DNA of 64,000 bases. Origin: Laetmonice hystrix. Taxonomy: Eukaryota. A model generated the notes under the pieces. The model worked only from the letters and a program-made list of their open reading frames with translations. It had not been told where the DNA came from and made no database searches. Position 1 is the first letter of the stretch, and each line of letters opens with the position of its first letter. The position numbers and the translations under genes were made by a program. Location of the stretch: positions 25,730,001 through 25,794,000 of the forward strand of contig OZ249447.1 of NCBI GenBank assembly GCA_965235115.1, given 5' to 3'. Below, one piece after another: positions 1-9,600 of this stretch.

Positions 1-1521
1 GCGAGGCAGAACATCTTCTCGTAATGGTGTGTGCGCGTTTCTGAGTGTCGCTAATGAATAAAACGTTGCATGGTTGTCTGTCGTTAGTCGTTCTGAGAAA
101 GGTCTTGCGTTATACAGTGGTAAAAGAAGTGCAACTAGGACCGCATTTCCTCTCGAATTTAGACCTATTCATATCGAATCGCAGCTCACCTGTCAATATC
201 AGCTCTCCTGCTCTCAATTGATGCATGTCGAGGGTTCCCTCCTCTCTAATCTAGACAGTTATCAAACAGAACAAAGGTTCTGCTTCACATCGACTCTCCA
301 TAGAACATGTGAGAAATGTAAACCAGGTGAGGGGATGGTGAGAGAAATATGAGCGAGAGGGAGAATAATACGGATATAGGATAGAGAGAATTATTTCACC
401 TAGCTGTAAATATCACAAGGCGCGGCGAGTGACCCTTGGCACTCATGAGCTATTAATAACCAACATTTAAAAGATTGTGAGGATTCCAATATGTGCAGGT
501 GGCAAAGTAGGAGGTGCTTTGTCATATATACATTTCCTTTGGTTGATAAGGGAATAGTCAACATCATAAGTACCTTGTGCTATATGTGTACGTGTTTCTT
601 TGATTATTGATGAAAGGATTCTTGCTGAAAGTGATGTGTTTATTTGATTCCATTGTAAGGAAACATATTGTATGTAGTTGAATATGTCCCTGCGTGTGTC
701 CATATACTCAGGGGTCGTATACATATACCACGGGGTTGTTGTAGTGGGGAGCCGCCTTTCTTCTTTAGTTTATATCCGAGACCATCATACATTAATAACG
801 AATAGATTAATGGATGTTAACATAATACACTACACAATGGAGAAAAAGGTGGCGATATGTTGTGCCCTTCTTTTAGGGAATTAGGAAAATATTTGTGTCT
901 TATGTTTTAACTGCGCATCGGCAGAAATTGCGTGTCATGACAGACACAACGTTCAACAAATGCATGATGTGCTCCTTGAGTAACGCGAAAACTAGGTGAA
1001 TATCCCAAAAACAGGATGATACATTCTCCTTGGAATATCCGGTTAAACATATAAAATGTCCCCGCTGTCATGCACTTTACCCATCGTTTGCTTTGCTCCA
1101 TCTGACCGCTAAACTGGCAGATGCTGCAGACTAGTGGCACGTACGCACGGACTAATTTTACTCTTCCTTGGAATACCTGTATTGAACTAATGAATGGGTG
1201 GTGTAACCTTGGATACAGGTAACCCTAACAACAGAACACTTTTCTTAGCGGCTTCATAGCATAGACCTACTCTTTTGCGGGTGTCTGGTTATCATTTAAT
1301 GCATGAAAGTTTCATCCGTGGTTTCAAGACTGAAGAAAGTTTCGGCATTCTCAGGGTTAAAACAACATTCTTAATACGATTCTGTTAATGACAACGTATA
1401 GAGTTCAGAGAGTACACTGCAGACCTGTGTATGGGCCGTTCCTATGGCAGCACAGCCCCTTTCTAACGTGTCTGACGTGCTGCCGTAAACAGTTTACGCG
1501 ATGGCCGGCCATGAGCTCCAA

Positions 1522-1836
1522 CCCCCGCCGTCCATTGCCCCACCCCCGCCGTCCATTCCCCCCACCCCCGCTGTCCGTTCCCCCCACCCCCACCGTCCAT
1601 TCCCCCCACCCCCGCCGTCCATTCCCCCCACCCCCGCTGTCCATTCCCCCCACCCCCGCCGTCCATTCCCCCCACCCCCGCCGTCCATTCCCCCCACCCC
1701 CGCCGTCCATTCCCCCCACCCCCGCCGTCCATTCCCCCCACCCCCGCCGTCCATTCCCCCCACCCCCGCCGTCCATTCCCCCCACCCCCGCCGTCCATTC
1801 CCCCCACCCCCGCCGTCCATTCCCCCCACCCCCACC
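1522..1836. repeat. 22-bp C-rich minisatellite (CCCCGCCGTCCATTCCCCCCAC)n, about 14 copies
   Basis: Period of 22 nt read directly (ccgtcc at 1681 and 1703). It explains the overlapping Pro-rich and Gly-rich ORFs at 1388-2007. The minus strand has G5-G6 runs. Confidence 0.95.
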
Positions 1837-4458
1837 CACCAAGGTTTGTTTATCTGTAAGCTGCTCGTGGTCTTGGCCAATCACGTGACCATGAAGTGTG
1901 TCGGTCGACCTGCTGGATCCGAGCCAGAAAACACCTGCCTCCAACGTACGCGGCGAAAAAAGGCAAGAAATGCCGCTAGGAACAATTGGAGGGGATGTAA
2001 TATATAAGTCCGGGGGGATACGGCGTATATCGGTTGTCCAAACCTTAACGAGTCATGATAAATATCACCCCATGTGGGGGTATCCGTCATATAAAGAAAG
2101 GCACCCCCAAAGCCGGATTGAAATGGTCATGTCCGTTTATTTGACGTGGCGGTTTGAGAGCATTTCTCTCAGGCTATGTACTCACTCGAATTGCTTTTAT
2201 TGTTAGATCCCGACCTTCAACCTTTGGTGGAAGCTTCTCGAAATTTCCAAAGTATCACATATATTGGACAATTACATTTTCTCACCCAAGAGTGATCTTT
2301 TACACATTAATTACACCGCATTCATTGCTACAGTCTGTCTGAATACTACTTTTGTCTGTATCTTAACACTAAAAGAGACAGAAAACTTTTCGCTTTTACA
2401 CTGGGTGATTCAGTTGAGCACTGCGATGGGTTGCAGCAATAGACGCCACCTTGTATGTGACCGGCTTCTCATTTTGGAGGTGCAAATTATTAATGTACAG
2501 TCAGGAAGTCTGGTGCTGCCCTCTGTGACGGCCACCTGAAACATCAGAGGAGGCCTCTCGCGTATTCTCGACAGGCGCGAGAAGGCCATTGGGCGTCTTG
2601 AATGCCGGTAACGACCAGAGAGCGTACACGCGAATAAGAAATCCGGACTTTTCATCAGCCCTCAATTCATTAGGTCTCTTGTACGTATTGACGCCCAGGA
2701 GAAGTCTATTTGCCGAGTGTTCGGCATATGGACACGTAACATGCCATCTTGGAGGCAGTCCGAATGTTAGGGCTGGTCCCCCAACTGTCGTGTGTGAGCC
2801 TCCTAACCTGTTTTTCAGGCGAGCTGTTTTCTGGGAAGCCGTGTGTAGTGTTCGGAGGGACGTGGTCAGGGTCGCGGCCGGTGGAGAGGCCAGGACGACT
2901 CGGGAATGCAGATGTAGCCGAGGCAACTGCTATGAATACAGATTCATATTTCTGATGAATGAAAAGTGACGACAGTTTCAGATGTTGTCGCAGAGGTTCA
3001 GGAAGGAGGACGCTGGAGGTTGGCACGTGATTGATTTCTCAAATAGCCAGGAGCTTACTGTATGAAGATTCTCTGAAAAAGGTTTCTGTTTGATTAAGCA
3101 CTGCTTGTGTTTGTTCACGTGTCCTTGAAATGAGGGTTCAGTTCGCTTTTAGCTTTTTGGCACGAACCTGACAAAAACTGCCGACTTAGTCACCACAGAA
3201 TTAACCTTAGAAAAATATCATGTAACGTGGTGAAGCAGAAAGTAAGTTTTGATTATACGGCTACTTTGATGTCGTACTTTTGGTGTACATATATTATGCA
3301 GTATAATATACCAGCCCCTCCTTGGTGATACTGCCAGAATTGCCTCCCTATACGACAAATTAAACGTACGGCATTTGTCTCTGCGTATAATTGTTCTCCA
3401 GACTCGGTAGAAAGGGGACATTAATTACTGTGCGGTTTCAAATTCAGAAATGGTCTAATTCCAAGGATCACCGCACAACACACAATATAGCTGTGTGATT
3501 TGACAGGTCTCTACCGACTGCACCTTAAACAATGCTATCACGTTCCCTTAGGATGGGTACAACATCAGAGTTGAAATCCGAATCTCTTATCTCGACAGCC
3601 CAGGTATCTGGTGAGATACGTACTCATTCACCGTCCCTAACCACTGCCTTCATACACCATCAAAGGTATCGCCTGGGAGCTTACAATCTAGCTTTCCCAC
3701 AGCGCCTCCGCTTATTTACCAAAAAGTAAGGGCTGTATTGTAACCAGGACCAAATTTACCGTTTCTCTTTGGCCGGCATTCCCACCAGTGGCACTTAGCA
3801 AGCGGCCGTGGCCACCCGGGTGGGTCATACGAAGGTCGACGAAGGTCCTTATTTAGAGGTCTTCACGGGGCCCGACCCCCTACTCCTATAGCCACAGGAC
3901 TTGGAGCTTGTGGCGAGTCACTTAGAACACAGCGCAGTTCTATAGGACGAACTCCGCAAGCCTAATGTAGCAGCGTTCCATTTCCTTGATTATTTGCCAT
4001 AAACTGTGGCGGAGACCTTTGATCTTAGGCGGTGCGGCAGGTAGAATAATTTGTAGCCAGCCCCTTACCTTGTATTATGGAACTCGGAGGCATGCAGTTG
4101 CAGCTTTCAATGGACAGAGTGGCGGACGGAGAAGCAAACGGTTAGATTGAACGTAATAACATTTAAATGCAAGCCATGGCGATTTTTCCTTACTATTTAA
4201 GCATTTCTTTAACGTTTTCCCTGTATAGAATATGCTACGTTGTTTTTTAAGTGTTTTAAAATTTAATTATGAGCTACAGTGTGACCTGGATTTCATTGAG
4301 ACACGCCCCCCCCCCCCCAAATCGTTGATGCTACAGCGTTTTGCTGACGGCATCATTCTGGTTAAAAAATTTGAGCCTAACTTTCTCTGCAGCACAGAGT
4401 CTGGCTTCTCAGGTAACATGTCAAGAGATTGCAGTGAGGACAAGGGAGGCACCTTTAA

Positions 4459-4798
4459 AGGTGCTATTCGTGAACAAAAATTCAATTTTTTTATTTTTAA
4501 TTTTGTTGACGTTTATGTGATCCCACCTATCATGGAAATAGATTCACAACAAAGGAAATCAAAATTTCTCATGGATAACGGCACAAATGGGGCTCTCTCA
4601 GAAGGCCTGTGGAGACCCTGACACGCCCCACCATAGGAAATGGCTCTATCTCGGTGCGCACCGAGATAGGTTTCAAATGCTGCACACAAACTAATAGAAG
4701 GTTTATCAGGCCAATGGTATCGGTAGGAATTTTTTCTAGTACTATGTGCACAATGTATGATAGGAGAAATGTCATTCTGTGCGAGACGAATAGCACCT
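4459..4798. mobile_element. Non-autonomous TTAA-specific (Kolobok/T2-like) MITE, 340 bp
   Basis: TTAA|AGGTGCTATTCG at 4455-4470 and CGAATAGCACCT|TTAA at 4787-4802 give a 12-bp perfect TIR with AG...CT ends and a TTAA TSD. An internal 24-bp perfect palindrome lies at 4646-4669. Confidence 0.75.
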
Positions 4799-6226
4799 TT
4801 AACACTAGGCGAGTTGGACCTCAGTAAAATAACGTCACTTCACCATAGGAATCTGACATCTGATATAGCAACACCAAAGACGGTGATATCAACTTCCGGC
4901 TTTAGCTATTTCCTTAACACAACAAAGGACTTACTAACAAAGAACCCCCGAGGCTAAGTGTGACCTACTGCTGAACGATATTGTGACGCGTTCCCTTATA
5001 AACCTGCTCTTTCCCATCACAACGGAGATCAACCTGACAATTTCCGAGAGCTGTCAAGTCGGCTGACGGCGCGGACGATGAATGATCGCAGATGAGGACT
5101 CGTGTGTCGTGATTAGAGCCTGCCACAACCCCGTTTACATCTCTTCAGTGTTACCTTTTTTCTCTCCTTCTGCTGCTCCTCCTTTTTTCCCTTTTCTTTG
5201 TTATCCAGAGTTGACAAATGATATCATCAATTAAGGACGTTCACGCTACAGTTAGGCAAGGGGTTGCCTACCATGAGAGAGACCGTTAAACAATGACGAT
5301 GAGACCGTTTGATTAAGAGAAAATTTAAAGCCGGCTTGAAGAGAGAAGCGGCTGCTTTAAGAGAGGTTTTTTTGCTGGTACGTGATCGTTTAATGCATTG
5401 CAAGGACATACTCTGGCAGCCCACCTGAGCGGCTCCCGCGGGACCAGCGGAACGCCATCGTTTCTTTCTGTCAGGAGGAAAGGCGAGTAAAAGGAAATTT
5501 AACGTAAACGGTGCTGCGGTTCAAAGATCCTTGAGCCATGTCTGGCGTTTTGGAAGGTTTCTTTTATGTATTGTACAACGGAACTTCCGAGGTTAGATGT
5601 TACTGTCATCTTCTCTCGAAATATTCGACGTAACATGGAGAATGTCCAGTACATCGTTTGTTAGTTAAAATGGAGGAATGTCGTAAGGAAGATCTCGTCA
5701 ACGCTTTCTTCTCAATGTCGTGAGTATAGAGAGAGTATTTACCTTTAAAAAACCCTAAAGTTATTGCCTTCTCTGAAAGTAAAAATGTCATTGAAAAGTA
5801 CCTCTCGGGAAGCAATCTCTACCGCTGGTCTATCAGCAGCATCGTTGTCATGATTTGCAAAAGAGCTGTACATGATCCAAAGATAGTCTGACGGCTGTGG
5901 CCGGGAGAGAAAGTAATTCAGATGCATGGCCGTGGGTAGTGGATGGGAGGGGAGGGGGAGTCTGCAGTCGTCCTGGGCAAACTATAACCACTGGCGGAGA
6001 CCGCACGATATACGGCCAAGCCGAGCCGTGTAAACGTTGTATGTAGGCTTTAAAACAAAGAGTACGGGATGCGCCACAATATTATGATATAGGGACTTCC
6101 CAAGGACAGCCCCTGGTCGGTTCTTTACTTTCCAGTACACAACCGATATCAGCAGCTCTAGCGTAATTCAACGTCCTATGGACTGTATGAATACATGAAT
6201 ACAAACGTCGAAAGTGAAATGTCGAA

Positions 6227-6358
6227 TGTAATACGGACCAATATGACTGTGAAGTGGATGTTTTCAACGACTCTATAGGACAGGCCACCGCATGTAATAC
6301 GGACCAATATGACTGTGAAGTGGATGTTTTCAACGACTCTATAGGACAGGCCACCGCA
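6227..6358. repeat. Tandem duplication of 66 bp (2 identical copies)
   Basis: tgtaatacggaccaatatgactgtgaagtgg...ggacaggccaccgca starts at 6227 and again at 6293. Confidence 0.95.
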
Positions 6359-7411
6359 CGTGAAGTGTTGGCCTCTCACCAGTCATACTCGAAATATTGT
6401 CGTCTGGACTTTCGTATTTGTGAGAAGAATCTTAAAGCAATAGCAAATAAAAGGATATAAGTTTGCTAATAATGATTGTAATGGTAGCAATGATAAATAG
6501 AGAAGGATAGGTAAGGATGATGAACTACTGAGAACTTGAAAATCCATAATTTTATCTCCTTGTCCAGTAGCAACATAAGGGTGAATTCTTCCTGAAATGA
6601 GACACTTTAGCTGAGTCGCAGCTCCCAGCTGGATTTGAGAACATGATGTGAAAGAAAATATTGTTATCAACGCTTTGTGTATGCGGATGCTCTGGAAATG
6701 GTTGATTATAAAGAGATTATAAACTTTGAAAGTGTTTTATTATGCGATAACAGAATGCAACTAATAAGATAGGAACGAGCATGAATACTGGGTGCAAATA
6801 CCGTGCCGGAAGTGGCAGTGGTGCCACAGACGAGAATCAACAAGGGACAAGAGTGCGAGGTGAGGGGTTGTTGACCGATCTACTTTGTGGAATAATGAAG
6901 ATCAATGGAAAGCGTGGAGTAGGAAAAAAAACTACCTCGACTGACTGGTCGTGTTGCTGCAGCTGCTTCTACTGCTGATTCCACACCTTTTATTGTTGAT
7001 GTATCCGCGTGGTTGTGGCATACTGACATCTTTCCCAGCGCAGTTGGTTCCTGTGATCGGGAACGTTGGCATGTATAGCACAATGATACGGTTGTCTGTG
7101 AAAGGTGACCCGGTACACCATCTTTGTGCCCGTACACATGGGAACCATACGGCTGGGTATAGGTGTATGCGTTCACAGCGTATACCGGCGTTCTCATTGG
7201 AGCCTGTCTTTGCTTTGAGAAGTTTCTTAACGAACCTTGCACGCGATGTTCCAGTATAGCCGACCCGATGGGTTCGACACTCTTGAATGTTGCTATCGTT
7301 CTCTTGCAAAAACTAAAACTTGAGACATAGATCTCTTCAATAATATCTCCTCGTAGTAGAGCCTAAGCCATTTTTATTTCCCAGGAAACAAACTTTCATA
7401 TTGGACCATTA

Positions 7412-7649
7412 TGGAGCCCCGGAGGGGACATGCTAAAAAGTAATTTCTTAACTTGTGTGCACGAGTTACTAAGTCGTGCGCATGAGTTACTAAGTCGTGC
7501 ACACGTGTTACTAAGTCGTGCGCACGTGTTACTAAGTCGTGCGCACAAGTTGCTAAGTCGTGCGCACGTGTTACTAAGTCGTGCGCACGGGTTACTAAGT
7601 CGTGCGCACGAGTTACTAAGTCGTTTGCCATATCCCCTCCGGGGCTCCA
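7412..7649. mobile_element. TA-flanked MITE (238 bp) with an internal 21-bp tandem array; superfamily uncertain
   Basis: TA|TGGAGCCCCGGAGGGGA(C/T)ATG at the left end, CATATCCCCTCCGGGGCTCCA|TA at the right end. The interior is about 8 copies of TTACTAAGTCGTGCGCACG(T/A)G. Confidence 0.85.
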
Positions 7650-8982
7650 TAGACCGTCATATTGATGACTTAGTTTTTCAACGCCTGTGTCGCTGTGGTC
7701 TTCATATACGATTACGTTCTTCTGTCCAGGGGCTGACCAGCCCATCCATTCGACAACAGGGTGATATTATACAGCATAAAGACTGGAATACAGGATTGAT
7801 CGATAAGAATCAACAATTAGATGGGACGGCAGACGTATAGGTCTCAAGTTCTTCGTGTAGAGTCGAGAACAGAGAGGCATCCGCGCCACTGCATGCGTTG
7901 CTGCGCCAAGAAAAAAAAGTCCAAAGAAATTCACATGAAACAGAAGATGAAGCAGCCTTCTGTAATTCCAAACTCGCGTGATTACAAAGGTATAATATGG
8001 CTGCCGTTTCTATAGTAGGACTGATTGGTGATCGTGATACGGTCAATGATCTCTGTAAGAACAGGTGATGGATTCAGAACTCATGAAGGATAGAGAGGGA
8101 TCTCAAAGATGATCGACCCAGTTGAAAACACCGCTGAGAGGTGGTGGGGGTGGTGGTGGTTGGGGGTGTATCTTTGAGTGCTGTGTTTTAAATCGCTAAT
8201 TCAAGTTGCTTCGATTCAAAACAACTCTATGGCCTGCCAACTATACGAGCTGCGGGTAGATTGCTGTCGACTGATTCCAATTAAAACTCGTTACCTGTGC
8301 TGGGTTATCCTAATTTTTCCTAACATCTCATGTTTACGGAAGATATGAGCAGGATTATTTCTCCATTGGCGGAGATATAGAGTTTTGACCCCGTGACCGT
8401 GTGGTAATCATAATGTTGTTTGTTCGACCGGACGTTATAAATTAACAGATATTAAAGTATAAATAAAACCTAGTCGTGCATTTTCTTATTAGGGCAGCAT
8501 TGTTGAAAGCAATGAAAGCAGGTAATAACTATAAGCCCCCAGATCTTTGATCATAAAGCATGACAAAACTTTGTCCAATATAAAGATAAGTCTAACGCAT
8601 AGAGTTCCGAGTAGCGCATGACGACCGTGATTTGACAGTATGTTTTGTTGAGCATGCCTGTTTCCAGAGGTCAGCGCTGGGTTCTCGGCTGATTTGTAAT
8701 TAATCTCTACGTGCGGCTCCAGGACAAACCAGGGATTCGGTGCCTGTGATGTGAGTCCGCTCCTTGAGGCAGTCGGAGAGCTGGGCACGGCGCCGGTTAC
8801 TTTGACCGGGCCGTCGTGAAGGTCGTACTGGGCAGTCTACGCATGATTACCGTGGATCTCCTATACCATGGTCGTGGCGGAAACTCGCGGACAGTAGGTC
8901 ATCGCCGCCCACTGGCTGATGTTTCCCGGTAAATACGGGTTCCTTTCATGTTTACAGGCTGACCGCATGCCGCGTTCACACC

Positions 8983-9331
8983 CACTGGCGTACAGGAACC
9001 GGAGGCCAAACAGGCATTGCCCCCTTCTTGGGGGGGGGGGGGAAGATATGTGTGTAGAACCCCACCCCACTCCACTTTCCGACCCAGAATTTAATATACG
9101 CTTAAATTCTGCTACAGACCTCAATGTCACCTAAATGCTTTGAGAAACTCCACAATTTCTATCTCCAGATGCTGGGAAATAACGTTTTGGGGCCTTCTAA
9201 ATTCAAAACATTCTGGGGAGAGCCCCCAGGCCCCCGCGCGTGGTTACCTCGGCGCCCCTTTTCATGCAGTGCTGGCTTCAGTGCCTGAGATGTGCCCCCC
9301 CCCCACTTTTTGACACGTACCTACGCCGTTG
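8983..9331. mobile_element. Probable old MITE with CA(C/A)(T/C)GGCGTA termini
   Basis: Left end CACTGGCGTACAGGAACC; right end reverse complement CAACGGCGTAGGTAC. G/C runs lie just inside both ends, and ACACC is directly repeated on both flanks. Confidence 0.4.
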
Positions 9332-9444
9332 ACACCTATAGGCTTTAAACTACCTCCTTGGATGCCACGCCCGAGTAAATACTGCGTGCAGAGACTGGGA
9401 GATTTACTTCACAGGGTTTCAGTATTTTGGGTCTTAGTACCACT

Positions 9445-9600
9445 CACCTGTCAATCTCAGGACGCTTCGCCTTATGAATCTTAGCCGCGCTTACCTGTCA
9501 ATCTCAGTAGCGGCTACCTTATGAATCTTAGCCGCGCTTACCTGTCAATCTCAGTAGCGGCTACCTTATGAATCGGAACAATACTCCCCTGTCAATCTCA
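9445..9600. repeat. 47-bp tandem repeat (about 3 copies, then decayed partial copies to about 9635)
   Basis: Unit ACCTGTCAATCTCAGTAGCGGCTACCTTATGAATCTTAGCCGCGCTT, containing a GCGGCTA...TAGCCGC inverted pair. Confidence 0.85.

Noticed and set aside
1388-2007. Pro-rich/extensin-like and Gly-rich ORFs
   Set aside because: They are translations of the 22-bp minisatellite and are open in nearly all frames.
2706-3026. THAP-domain-like reading (HGFP...RDPDHVP)
   Set aside because: The required Cys/His residues are absent and the motif order is wrong.
7265-7285. tRNA/SINE B-box GTTCGACAC
   Set aside because: No A-box at the right distance and no cloverleaf; no tRNA or SINE could be supported anywhere in the window.
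7050-7730. Ty3/Gypsy pol remnant suggested by GQKNVIVYED, FLG, CERIHLY...TDNR and GHL...CYTCQ on the minus strand
   Set aside because: The motifs lie in different frames and are spaced far more tightly than in real RT-RNaseH-integrase; no LTRs were found.
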